Positions 38,444 to 51,274 of a stretch of 64,000 bases of DNA are shown here, one piece after another. The position numbers were made by a program, and so were the translations under genes. Origin of the DNA: Guillardia theta CCMP2712 (lineage: Eukaryota; Protista; Cryptophyta); assembly GCF_000315625.1 (NCBI RefSeq), contig NW_005434639.1:421688-485687 (forward strand), written 5' to 3'. Positions within the stretch are counted from its first letter, which is position 1. Each line of letters opens with the position of its first letter. The notes beneath the pieces were generated by a model. It made no database searches and had not been told where the DNA came from. It saw only the letters and a program-made list of their open reading frames with translations.

Positions 38444-40563
38444 ATGACGAGAAGAACGGGAAGGGATACTTGCAATGGTCAGACGGCGAGCGATATAACG
38501 GTAGGAGGGGGACGAGGAGGGGACGAGGAGGACGAGGACGAGGACGAGGAGGAAGTGGATGAGGAACAAGAACTAGCTGAAAATGATTCATCAGGCACCT
38601 TCAAGCATGGCGTGAGGAGCGGCAGCGGCGTCAACGTGTGGCCGGATGGCGATGCTTATGAGGTGGAAGAGCTTGCCAGTTGTTGAGCAGCAGCTGAGAG
38701 AGGATGCGCAGGGAGACTATCACAACGACATGCGCGAGGGCAAAGGCACTCAAGTGGGAGCAGATGGAAGCCAGTACGTGGGAGAGTTTCGGGTGACGAC
38801 GTGGAGTGTACAGAAAGAGAAACAGGCTGACATACAAGCAGCTTGACAGAAAGGAAGGTTACGGAGTTTACGAAGCAGCTGACGGAACAAGATATGAAGG
38901 AAGGTTGGTGAAGACAAGGAGGGGGAGAGAGAGCGATGGGGTCAGCGAGACGAGTACAACGAGTGTTTTGATGTTGTCTCAAGCTGGCGACACGACAAAC
39001 CGCATGGAAACGGAACGAAGAGGGTAAGCTGCTTCATGCTAAGCTCACACCTGCCCTTGCCTCCACTCCTCTTCTATCTCCTCTCTCCTGTGATTTCCTC
39101 TCCTCTCTCCTCTCCTCTCCTCTCTCCCCTTCTCTCTCCACTCTCCTCCTATACACTGTCGTCGACTGTAACTGATCGTTTCAGCAGTTTGCAGATGGGG
39201 ATGTCTACTTCGGCGAATGGGCAGACGGTCAGTTTCATGGTCGAGGAAGGTAAGGAAACAGAGGAGCAGCAGGAGCAGGATCAGGAGTGCAGGGACAGAG
39301 CCAGCTAGATGGAGAAGCAGCGAGAGAGCTGACACGTGTTTGAAGCTACACCTATTCCTCCGGCGAGAGATACGAGGGCGACTACTTCCAGGTGGAGAGA
39401 GGAGACCGGGTCGCTTGCCTGACTTGCTGGGATCAGGATCGAGCCGAAGGTCAGGGGACGTACGAGTGGCCCAACGGAGAGATTTACAAGGGTGAGGAGG
39501 AGAGAAGAGGTTCATGGCGGGTCTGGTTGAGAGCGCGAGCAGGAGAGTTTGTCAACGGTAAGAGACATGGCTTCGGCGTTCAGGAGTTTGCCAATGGCGA
39601 GCGATACGAAGTAAGGAGAGAAAGACGTGGAGGCGATATCTTTGACTTGAGACCACAGGGTTTCTGGAAGAATGGCGTGCGCTCTGGGAAGGGTCGGTAA
39701 GTCATTGAGGAGGCTGGAAGGGCAGAGGGGGAGGAGAGAAGAGAAGGAGGGAAAACGCGACAAGGCAAGGGGAAGGGAGGGACAATGACGTTTGTCTTTC
39801 AGGCACCTCTGGCCGAATGGCGACCGATACCGCGGAGAGTTTAAGGACGGAAAGGTGAAGGAGGAAGCTGTGGTGGTTGACAGGGAGGTGCGCACAAGAA
39901 ACCGAGCTGAAGATTCCATTCACAGAGACACGGAATGGGAACTTACTTCTACGCGGACGGAAGGTAAGCAAGCCTCCTCGCTCCTCCTCGCTCCTCCGTT
40001 GCTGATAGCGATCAGGCGTCACTTCGGAAAGTTCGTCAACGACGAGAAGGCCCGGCCTCCTCCCTTCCCCCAGAATTTCAACCCACTGCCTGGTACCCTT
40101 CCTCCCCGTTCTCCGTTCCTTCCCTACTCAAACTTGCGCAGACGACGGGCTCCCTTTCACTTGGAGGATGACGAGGGTGAGGAGGAGAGAAGGAGCAGAG
40201 TCGAGATGACCTCTCGCGACAGGAACACCCCGACATCGAGCAGGAACGAGACATGATGGCAGGAGACGTTGACCAGACAGGGCGGCTGCTGCGGGCGGTG
40301 ACCTGAAGATCATGTTGCCCTCCTCAACAAGACTGAGAGTGGCTTGTCAGGATGGACCCTTCCCCCTCAGTGCTGAAGACTTCCTTGGTGGAAGAGGGGA
40401 GGAGGCAGAGATGTGTGGCGCTGACGTGTGATGCAGTGGACGACGTCATGCCTGACGGGACCTCGGAGGTGGAGACGGAACTTGCTTGGTGTGCTCGTCG
40501 GAAGCCAAGGTTCATGGACAGCGTCTACGATCTCTTCTCATCTGGAGACTTCTTCTTGAACTG
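38444..40563 (+). CDS. MORN-repeat protein, multi-exon (5' end may lie in the gap; 3' end uncertain)
   Basis: Many YxGxF/W..G..HGxG..WPNG units, e.g. GEFVNGKRHGFGVQEFANGERYE and WPNGDRYRGEFKDG. Confidence 0.88.
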
Positions 40564-40719
40564 AAGACATCTACACCTCAGCAGGAGGCTCTCACACTGA
40601 GATAAGACAATTACAAGATAGGGATCAAAGAGGTGTAAAAGGAGGAAAGTTTGGATTCTCGAAATGAGGGTCGAACCGAAAGGAAAGGGATGCCAAGAGA
40701 AACAACAATGAAAGCTGCC

Positions 40720-41193
40720 ATCTATCATCACATCAATCTATCATCTCATCAATCTATCATCACATCAATCTATCATCACATCAATCTATCATCACATCAA
40801 TCTATCATCACATCAATCTATCATCTCATCAATCTATCATCTCATCAATCTATCATCACATCAATCTATCATCACATCAATCTATCATCTCATCAATCTA
40901 TCATCTCATCAATCTATCATCTCATCAATCTATCATCTCATCAATCTATCATCTCATCAATCTATCATCACATCAGTCTATCATCTCATCAATCTATCAT
41001 CTCATCAATCTATCATCTCATCAATCTATCATCTCATCAATCTATCATCTCATCAATCTATCATCTCATCAATCTATCATCTCATCAATCTATCATCTCA
41101 TCAATCTATCATCACATCAATCTATCATCTCATCAATCTATCATCACATCAATCTATCATCACATCAATCTATCATCACATCAATCTATCATC
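40720..41193. repeat. 16-bp minisatellite CATCAATCTATCATC(A/T), ~29 units
   Basis: Perfect 16-bp period with a binary A/T variant at the last position. Confidence 0.97.
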
Positions 41194-41971
41194 GCGTAAG
41201 TCTATCATTGCATCAATAGAGGAGATGCAGGAGATGACAATATACATCAATATATATAGAATTCTCTTCTTTTTTCCAGAGTTAGTAAATCTTGAAGCGC
41301 CCTGTCTGTAAGATCCAACATCTGTACACAAATAGCTGTATATAAATTGCACTCATACAGCACGCAAATGCTCATCAGTTTTGGCACCACTGGTTTCTGA
41401 CTGGTTTCTGGCAGCAGTTTTGGTCCATGACGGCCCATATAACAGATCTTTATTAAATGGCTGGCGTACGTATAGAATTTGAGATGCCTCTGAGGGACTA
41501 GGCGTGTCCGGTACGCTCCTGCGTCATGACTATGGGCCTTCCAAGCCATAGCATTTATTGCAGCGAGCATTTCTCCCTCCATCGTACTGACGAACATTTA
41601 AGTGAATATTTTCGACACCGCCTTCGATATCGAGGCGAATTGAGTCAAATAGAATTGAAACTTCAGCAGAAAACTTCAACAATGAAGCAGGGTTTTTACT
41701 TGCAGTCGATCGTCATTCAAACCAGCGTGAAGATCATCGGATAAAATGATTGTATCCTGCTGTACGCCTGTAGCAGGTACCCCTCCAGTAACACAGAGAA
41801 ACCAGGGGGTGAAGGTGGTCAATTTAAAATCTTTTATATGAAGTTTACGTTTTAGGGAGAAGTACCCCGTGGTCTTCCCAGTTTCTTGGGAGTGATAGGG
41901 GTGGGTAGGAGAGAAGGCGGTGCAGCTTTTAAATTTGTTGTCCTCATCTCATCTACGGTTCGCCCACATCC

Positions 41972-44043
41972 ATGATGCGATCGCCTCTCCTCCTCCTCCT
42001 CCTCCTCCTCCTCCTTGACCCTGCACATGCTTCCAGTCACGAAGAGCCTGTCCACCATCCGTCCAGCAAGGGGCTTCACGGCTCCTTCCACATCGCTCCC
42101 GATTTCAAGAAGCTGGCCGACACAATCGCACAAAACATGATGGCGGCGAAGCGAGCTCTCCAGCTCCACAAGCTCCAAGATGCTGGCAAGCCGCAGACAG
42201 GCAGCTCTGTCCGTCAATCTACATCCTGTCCAGACTCTACTCAGGTCATCGCGAACTGCAGCTTAGAGTACTCCAGCATGTACAGCCCAAGTGCCGACAT
42301 GGCAAGCATTTGTCAATCGAGCAGCACCTGCGTCAGTCAGCTGCAGACGCTGTCGAGCAAGTACAAGAGCACAGCCGGATGCTCGACCGACTATCAGGCT
42401 CAGAGTGTCCAGGCCTGGCTGTTACAGATCAAATATGGCTGTGTGAAAGACGGAAGTAAGTACTGCGCGACCACATGGGCGAGCGCTACCGATTTGTCGT
42501 ACAAGGTGGTGGACGCGAGCTGGATAAGACGTCGCGGCTGACAATGCTGTCAGGATCTGTGCAGCTCTGCGTGCTTCAGCCAGTACAGGACCATATACCA
42601 AGAAGTGTACGGGGCCTCTGAAGCCGAGTACCTCAACATGGTGTGCCAGAAGGACTCCAAAGGCAACTACTGCATGGACACGATGACGTCGTCAGAGACA
42701 GCAATGTCCGGCAGCATGATATGCTCTGAGTGCGGCGCGCTGGTACGGCCTGTCGGATCAGGAGGCAGAGAAGCTTGCGGGCTGACAACGTGCGACAGAT
42801 GATAAAGATGTCCCAGTCGTCTGGCGCATCGATCGCTGACAGCAGCGTCGACATCGACACCGTATATGGGGCCATGTGCTCGAAAGGTGATCAGAGCCCG
42901 ACGTGACCAAGCGCTATGAGCTGACGTCATGCTCAGACGGCGACTCCTACTGCTTTGACAAATTCATCGCGGCAGCTTTGTCCACCGGAGCCAGCGGCAG
43001 CAGCAGCTCCGAGACCTGTGACGGGACGAGCTCGACCTGTACCAACGTCTGTAAGGTACGCGCGAGTGCCAGACTGCTCCGGCCGCCTTCCTTCTCAATG
43101 AGTCTTGATGCCTCCCAGAACGACCTCAAGACGGTCAACGACATTGGCTGCTGCGCAGGCTCCATGCTCGCAGCGATCCCTGAATCGAAGAAAGAGGCCG
43201 AGAACGCGGCGAAGCTCTGCTCTCAAAGCCTGCCGAAGCCATGTGAGCTCTGACAGGCCGCACGCGGAGCTTGTGACAGCTGACGTCTCGAGGGGCTGCG
43301 CAGGCGGGGCGGGGCCCTCGTTCAACCTCAAGATCGAGATATCGAACCTCAAGCAGAGCTGGTACGCCGCAAACAAGGCCACCGCAGACCCCTTGGTGAG
43401 TCGCGTCATGTCTCGAGAGAGAAGGCGGCGCCATGCCTGATCTTGAGCAGCTCGCCACGGACATGAACTCGGCCTTCGGCACTACAGCTGGGCAGGTGAG
43501 AGAGAGCGCAGAGGCCCCGCCTGCGCGTGCGATGATGGGCGGGGGGATGACGAGAGGCTGGCAGGCGAAGATGGGGGCGTCGACGGCAGGAGCAGGCGGC
43601 ACTTCCATCGACGTGAGCATCACCACCGCCAACAAAGATCAGGTAACTTCGCTAGACCCGTAAGCGCTGCTCTGATGACGTCACGGCTAGGGTACTGCGG
43701 TAGAGAACAACATCAAAAAGTACAAGGCGAGGCGGAGCGGAAGCGTAAGTCAAGGACTGTGTCTCTGACCGAAGGCGCTGACGGATGGCTGGTAGTCCCT
43801 TAGCCTGGCCACCACGAGCACAAACCTTCCCTCCGACGCCAAGATCGACCCGTCCAAGGCTTTAAGCGTCACGGTCTCGTCCTACGTCAAGGGCTCCTCG
43901 GCTGCCTCGCGATCTCTTGCGTGGTCGGTGCTGTCGGTGGTTGTGCTGAACGTGTTGGTGAGACCTGCGATGCCGGGGCTTGCGAGAGACCTGACGATCA
44001 AGGGCTGCTGCAGGTCGTGGGGAGGATGGGTGCTCATTGGTGA
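41972..44043 (+). CDS. Secreted Cys/Ser/Thr-rich surface protein, gene A copy 1 (apparently intact)
   Basis: Signal peptide MMRSPLLLLLLLLLLDPAHA; repeated C..D..KYC/GNYC/DSYC modules; hydrophobic C-terminus LAWSVLSVVVLNVL. Confidence 0.75.
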
Positions 44044-44484
44044 GGGATAGGATCCTACTGTGAGGATCCGGACTCGTGGAGTGCTCTTTTGGACAAGAGA
44101 AGTGGTAGCCATGAGGCATGAAGAGATCGCAGTCGGATGACCGCGTGAAGCTGATGCTTGACGGAGCCTATGTTGCTGACCGTACTCAATGACAACGTAG
44201 TCATTAGTCACTTGCCACAACACAATACTTACAAAGCTACCTACAAGAATACTTGATAACATACATGATCACGGATCTTTTACACGTTATCCTGGCCCGC
44301 GCACAGACCGACGGTGCTGCTCGATGAGAGCGTGTTGCCGACTGACCATCTCATTGAAACTAGCACTGAGTGTCTTCAAGGTCGTTTCGCAGGCCACTGG
44401 CCTGCAATACTTGATTAAGAGTAAAAACAAACCTTCCAGTCAACAATCAAGGATATTTGAAAACTTGACCAAGGAGATTCCTCA

Positions 44485-47434
44485 ATGGCTGAAGATGATG
44501 TTCTCCAGTCGCTGGTGCGGTTATGGCAGCGGACGGCCTCCCCCTCCTCCCCCTCCTCCCTCCCTCCCCCCTCGTCCTCCTGCCTGCCCAGCGCTCCCGC
44601 AAGTCAGCTTCCTCAGCCCTCCAGTCACTCCTATCAAGCTGCGTTCCTGTCCTCCTGCGCAAGCCTTCCTCATGCGGCGAGGGTAGCCAAGATGAAAGCT
44701 ACTCAAGAAGACTTGCTGCGAATGCTGCTGCTGGCCTGCCGGGAAAGGATCGACGGCCTTTGCTCATCCATGAGGATGAGCGAGGAGGAGAAGACGTCAC
44801 ATCCGGAGTTACTGAGCAGCGAGGTGTCTGAAGGGCTGCTGCTGAAGCTGGAGGATCTCGAAGCAAGGCTGACGAGGGACATGGAGAGCATGAGATCACT
44901 TCTTGCAGGAGTGGCTGAGTACGAGAACCTTCTCCGAGAGCGGGCGATGCTGGAAACAACCTTCACCGACTCCTCCAGGCTGCTGGATCGCACTTCGAAC
45001 TCGTACACTCTTCGGCGATCGGAGGAGCGGTACAAGGCTCTGGTGCTCAAGATCATACCTGAGAGAAGGAAGGAGCTGCTGGGGACGAAGGTACCTTGAC
45101 AGCCCAGATGAAGTGATACCAGCGGACGAGGAAGGTGTACGGGGACGAGGAGCAGAGCAGTCTCAGGTGAAGGCGAGCAGAGGAAATGATATGAAGGGAT
45201 CGCAGAATGTTTCGAAAGAGAGGATAGTCCGCATCCAGCACAATCGTGACAGAGGCGAAGAGCACATCTCCCAAGTCTCACAGTCTATCTCCTTCATCTC
45301 TGCTGCAGAGCCTTCTATAGAGCCAGACGCTTCTCCAGGTCAACCGCTAGTCTCCTCTCTGCACAGTAGCTCAAGTGCTTGTAGCTCGGCGGTCGAAGAA
45401 GCAAGAGCGTGCTTCAAGCCTGCTGATGGACCGGGTGGAAGCCCTGGAGACCTGGGCAAGAGAGCGGTGCGACAGGGGTGGTGTTCTTGACTGCGTGGAC
45501 GTCAGGTCCTGAAGCAGCAAGGAGAGATATCAGCGATGCAGGACCAGGAGAGGCTGATGAGACAAGGTCCGTGATGAGGCGGCTGGTTTTCTGTGCTAAC
45601 CCCTCCTCGCAAGAGCTGGGAGAGTCGGACTCCAAGAGCAGAGACGCGGCTATCCACAAGCTGACAGTGAGGATGAGAAGAATGGAAGGTGGAGTTTCGG
45701 GGCGTCCTCCTGCCCCTGACATGAGCGCAGACATGATGAAGAGATGTCAAGTCGGACAAGACTCGCCCAAGGCAGAGGGTCACACCAATGGTGGGTCTGG
45801 CGCTTGCTGACATGCTGCAGAGAAATCCAAGAGCATGCCTGCGGATGCGTTGGTGCTGAAGAAGGATCATAGCAAACTCCAAGAATCGCTCAAGCTTGCC
45901 CAAGAAAAGATTGTGACGTTGGAGGTTCGGGTCGGGCGCTCGCACCGCCTTGTGACAAGCCGAGCAGGCCAAGCAAGGGAAGCTGATAGAGCAGCTGGCG
46001 GAGCTCTCGCTCAAGCTGCAAGGTGAGTCAGGAGGGAGAGACTCGATGGGATGAGCTCAGGATGAGGTGCAGACAAGAAGTTCGTCCAGCCGTTAGACCT
46101 CAAGTCTGCCTTTCAGAGCTTGTTCCAAGGCTTCACCAACGTCCTCGACCCCTCTCAGCCAAAACGAGCCGGTTCCCCAGCTTTCTCCTTCTCCTGCTCT
46201 GCTCCTGCCCTTGTTTACCTCCTGCTCTGCTCCTGCTCATCCTCCTTCTCGCCTTGTTGGATCCTCAAGTCTCTCTAGGTAACTCGGGTGAGGAGAAGAA
46301 GGTTCGCTTCGCCTACATCGGCGAGCACTTCGCTCACTCGCTACTGAGCGGCTTCAGCGCCATCGAGAAAGTGGAGAAGAAGCATCTTGAGCTCCTGGTC
46401 GAGCTGGAGGAGCAGCGGGAGAGGCACCAGCAGGAGAGGATCGAAATTTCCCGCAAGCTTGCGGACGTCCTGTCGAGATGCGACAACTGCGACACCGTGG
46501 CAGAAGAAGTTAAACTCGACCTGCAGGAGGTCGCTGCTCGCGCAGAGGAAGGGAGGGAGGCAGCTCGGAGCGTGTGCTGTCTGAGCGACGAAGTGATTTC
46601 CTGCCAGCAAGGCTTGGACGAACTCCGCTCGCGCACTGTCATGCTGGAAGAGAGGAGCGGGCAATCTGAGGGGAGCAAGTCAGCACAGAGACAGGGAGAT
46701 GTAAAGCAGGAAGGAGGTACAAGAGAGTGCGGAGAAGAGCATGGGGAGGAGGGGAGGAGCGCGTTGGAGGATCTTTCCTCGCGCGTGTCTCTCCTTGAAG
46801 CTTCTCTGGCAGCCTCTGCTCCCTCTCCCTCTCCCTCTATATCCGCTGAGGCCATCAACGCGCTCAGTGAGGAGCTCACAGAGAGGATAGAGGAGTCTGC
46901 GGCGCGACGAGACAGCAGCCTGATGAAGACGCTGGAGGAGGCGATGCTCTCCTGCGTGTCGCGCGACGACGTGCGAGAGAGTCTGCTGCTGTATGCCAGC
47001 AAGAAGGACCTCAAGGCGAGCGAGAGCAGGACCTGGGAGCGCATCGCCAAGGTCGAGGAGGAGGGAGCGCAGACTTCTGCGATGATCAAGCTGGCGAGGA
47101 AGGAGCTGGAGGGGATGAAGAGTAGCTTCCTCCTCTCCTCGCAGGAGCTCGCGGCAAAGCTCTCGAGCCACGAAGAAGACTGTGCCGAGGCGGTAGACGC
47201 GCTGTCAGGCAGCATTGCACAAGTCTCGTCCGAGCTCTTCAAGTTTGCAGCAAGTCAGTCGGAGCTGTTTGTTCGACGCGACGAGCTCGCCAGCATTCGA
47301 ACCTTGACGAGCAAGGCGGAGAGTGAAGACAACAGAAGCAGCGAGCTAGAGGAGGAGCGGGAGGGGGAAGAGACACAGCAGCATTCGAGGGAAGAGGAGG
47401 CAAAGAAGGATCAGGAGGGGAAAGGAGAGGGAAA
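44485..47434 (+). pseudogene. MAP65/PRC1-like coiled-coil gene B copy 1, frameshifted and 3'-truncated
   Basis: Lacks 50 bp present in copy 2 (59273-59322) at 45080/45081; cut off at 47434 by the inverted-repeat element. Confidence 0.75.
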
Positions 47435-47447
47435 CTTGACGAGACAA

Positions 47448-50031
47448 ATGGTATCAGCATGTGGGTATTGTTGACTTCATTGAAAATTAGCATTGCACTG
47501 CAGTGGTTTTCATCGAGGAATTTCAAATATGGACGACTGAAGACCACCCTGAAGACCATCAAAATAACAGAGGGTCTTGTGACTCTGTACGTAAAAACGA
47601 TGATTCCTGCGTACAATACAACAATAAATCTATTACACTACTAAAATTTAAATATATTCCTATTGCAGTACAATGCTAATAATATCCAAATTAAAACACT
47701 TGAAAACACAATGACAAAATTTCTATTAAGATTATGTTCAATAAATATTAATCACCCATTGCAATAAATATTATTTCAATTAAAATAATATCCAATAAAT
47801 ATTAATCTTGAATCTTGTTGCCATATCAATGTAAATTAATGCTGCAGTGTGGTGCATAAATTACACAATGTAAAACGGCGGTATAGCATGAGCAAAGCGA
47901 ATGCTATGATGAGCACGCAGTGCTCATCTATTCCATTGCAACTTGTGCTACACTTGTTATTCCTATTACACTAGAATACCAACAAGATTCAAGATTCAAC
48001 ATTGGAAAAATATATTATAACCCAATTATATTTATTGAACAAAATTTGAATAAGAATAATAAACAAGATATTTTTCTAATTTCATATCAATGTAAATCAT
48101 TGCTGCATTGCGGTGCATAAATTACACAATGTAAAACGGCGGTATAGCATGAGCAACGCGAATGCTATGATGAGCGCGCAGTGCGAATCTATTCCATTGC
48201 AACTTGAGCTTCACTATTACACTCGCAAACCCTTGATTACAAGTCTTCAGTCGTCCATATTTGAAATTCCTCGATGAAAACCACTGCAGTGCAATGCTAA
48301 TTTTCAATGAAGTCAACAATACCCACATGCTGATACCAAATGGTAGAATTCATACCTTTAAACACAGGCATGAATCCTTAATTAAAAAAATGAATCTGTT
48401 TCAATATCAGTGTCTAAAACATCAACAGATGCCTCCTAAAAAACAATTGGATGACCATATGCCACCAAATATTATCAAATCCGCTGATGCTCCTCTTCCT
48501 AAAACATTTATTGATTTAGAGATTCTTGATTAATTCATTTATAGAACTATTCAATAAAACAAAAATAAATCATATTTTTTTATACTTACTATATACACCT
48601 ATGTCGTGCATGTTTTACACTTTTCCCACACATTTTAACAGCGTTACTGCATGAAATGCGGTGGGCAAGGCCCTATCACTGTTACACTTGCTAAACTTGA
48701 TTACAATGCTTACCATTAATATATCCTTTCAATTATAGCATCACATCACTGTTTGTTTTCACAACATTTCAATAAATATCAACGAGCGTACCCACGGAGT
48801 GGCTTGAACAAACATATTATACATTTGTTTTCCTATTAATTATCTCAGGCATCACGAGCTTAAATAAGTGATGCTCCACCAATCAACCTATTGGAAATAC
48901 ATCTGCAACGATTCTCTCTTTTGAATGTGCGTGAACCTGTAACTCTATATCAACACAAATTTAACATTAATTATCAAAACCAATAAGTGCAACATTTTTT
49001 GTGTGGTGTGATCATGCACGCATATATACATCTGCAACCCGAATACATAAGCAACGATTCTCTCTTTTGGAAATACATCTGCAACTTTTTGGATGTGCGT
49101 GAACCTATAACTCTATAGTAACCTATATCATTCACACCAATAAGTGCAATCCGTTTTTTTGTGTGGTTTGATCATACACTCATATATACATGTGCAACCA
49201 ATTGGAAATACATCAGCAACCTGAATGTATCTGCAACTTTTTGGATGTGCGTGAACCTATAACTCTATAGTAACCTATATCATTCACACCAATAAGTGTA
49301 ATACGTTTTTTTGTGTGGTGTGATCATACACTCATATACACATCTGCAACCAATTGAAAATACATCAGCAACCCGAATGCATCCGCAACGATTCTCTCTT
49401 TTGAATTTGCGTGACTCTGTTAACCTGTGACAACTCAAATCTAACATTAAATATTAAAACCAATAAGTGCAACCTTTTTTGTGTGGTTGCCTCCGGCAAG
49501 CACAGCGTGTGATGATACACGCATATATACATCTGCAACCCGAATGCATCAGGAACCAATTGGAAAGACATTTGCAACCTTTTGGATGTGCGTGAACCTG
49601 TAACTCTATAGTAACCTATATCATTCACACCAATAAGTGCAATACGTTTTTTTGTGTGGTTTGATCATACACTCATATATACATGTGCAACGATTCTCTC
49701 TTTTGAATGTGCGTGAACATGTAACTCTATGACAACCCAAATCTAATATTAAAACCAAAAAGTGCAATACGTTTTTTGTGTGGTTGCCTCCGGCAAGCAA
49801 AGCGGCAAAGCGTGTGATGATACACTCATATATACATCTGCAACCCGAATGCATCAGGAACCAATTGGAAATACATTTGCAACCAATTGGATGTGCGTGA
49901 ACCTGTAACTCTATAGTAACCTATATCATTCACACCAAAAAGTGCAATCCATTTTTTTGTGTGGTGTGATCATGCACGCATATACACATCTGCAACCAAT
50001 TGGAAATATATCTGCAACCCGAATGCATCAG
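47448..50031 (+). repeat. Left terminal inverted repeat arm
   Basis: Reverse complement of 53400-55983. Confidence 0.96.
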
Positions 50032-50340
50032 GAACCAATTGGAAATACATTTTCAACCAATTGGATGTGCGTGAACCTGTAACTCTATATATCAAGTTAA
50101 ATCTAATTTATCATTCCCACCAAAAAGTGCAATCCATTTTTTTGTGTGGTGTGATCATGCACGCATATACACATCTGCAACCAATTGGAAATATATCTGC
50201 AACCCGAATGCATCAGGAACCAATTGGAAATACATTTGCAACCAATTGGATGTGCGTGAACCTGTAACTCTATAGTAACCTATATCATTCCCACCAAAAA
50301 GTGCAATCCATTTTTTTGTGTGGTGTGATCATGCACTCAT
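48890..50340 (+). repeat. Modular subterminal repeat array, 9 units of ~120-185 bp
   Basis: Recurring GTGCGTGAACCTGTAACTCTAT, AAGTGCAA..TTTTTTGTGTGGT and CCAATTGGAAATACAT modules. Confidence 0.92.
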
Positions 50341-50412
50341 ATAAAAAGTAAAGCTTTTGTGGTGTGAGTACTTAAAAAAATGAACATTGAAATATAAGAT
50401 TAAGATAGAAAA

Positions 50413-51250
50413 ATGTCTGATTCCCTAGAAAATTCATTAGGGAAAATAGAGATAGATATGAAAGAATATGTAGAAGAATGGAAAATAGAAGAAGATGTGA
50501 TAACTTATGGGAAACATATATGTTGTGTATGCAATGAAGAAGAAGCGACAATAGAATGTGAGCAATGCAAATCATATCCGATATGTATAGATTGTATAAA
50601 TAATCTAAAGAAGAGATATGTATATTACAAAGAGATATTTGAAGTGAAGGGGATAACACGTAAATATGATGAGAGACATAGTCATAAGATAACATTTGAA
50701 TGTCCATTGTGTAGGAAGGTGAATGAGATAAGCATGTGGAAAGAAGAATTAACGAAGGAGGATGTGATAAAATTCACGTTTGGAGATTATGCATTTATCT
50801 CAATGCTAGTGAATGAGAATAAAATCCTGAATGAAAGCATGAAAAACTCATATCATAGAGATTATCAAGGAGATTATGAAGGAAAACATAGAATTGAAGG
50901 ACTACAAGAAAAGATATGAAGACTTGATGAGATATATAAATGAGAAGAAAGATATATTTGATAAAGAATCGTGCAATATAGAGAATCAGAAATTAAGATT
51001 TAAATTGAGCGATAGTGTAAGGGAAATAAAAGAATTGAAGAGAGAGAAAATGTTGCTAAGAGCATATAATGAAGGTTTATGTCACATGATGGAAAAATAT
51101 AAATCAATGGTGAAAGAAAGTTTTATGAAAGTGGATAGATATACGAAGAGAAAAAGGGATGAATTCATAGGAAAACTAGAATTGCGAATGAGAATAAATG
51201 TAAAAGTGAGAGAGGATAACACTCATGAATGTTATAGTTCATGGATATAA
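50413..51250 (+). CDS. C8-type RING-finger/coiled-coil protein, split by a probable +1 frameshift (ORFs 50413-50919 and 50876-51250)
   Basis: CxxC-x8-CxxC-x5-CxxC-x35-CPLC; the overlapping downstream ORF is heptad-rich; no introns. Confidence 0.7.
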
Positions 51251-51274
51251 AGGTTTTTTATTTATAAAGAGTAA

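Larger units (their letters stand above)
41800..47434 (+). repeat. Segmental duplication copy 1 (~5.6 kb)
   Basis: Near-identical to 56030-61630 at an offset of ~14,192-14,196; identity ends at GGAGAGGGAAA 47434. Confidence 0.97.

Noticed and set aside
40651-41199. 182-aa repeat protein ORF
   Set aside because: Merely a stop-free reading of the 16-bp minisatellite.
46334-47242. Long antisense ORFs (also 60530-61438 and similar)
   Set aside because: Ser/Leu-rich shadows of E/R-rich coiled-coil exons on the opposite strand.
47459-50267. Short ORFs in the TIR arms and their mirrors at 53577-56021
   Set aside because: Mostly non-ATG starts in repeat sequence with no protein motifs; used only as symmetry markers.
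48890-50340. CRISPR-like array
   Set aside because: Sequences between the conserved motifs are themselves repeated modules, not unique spacers; the period is irregular and no cas genes are present.
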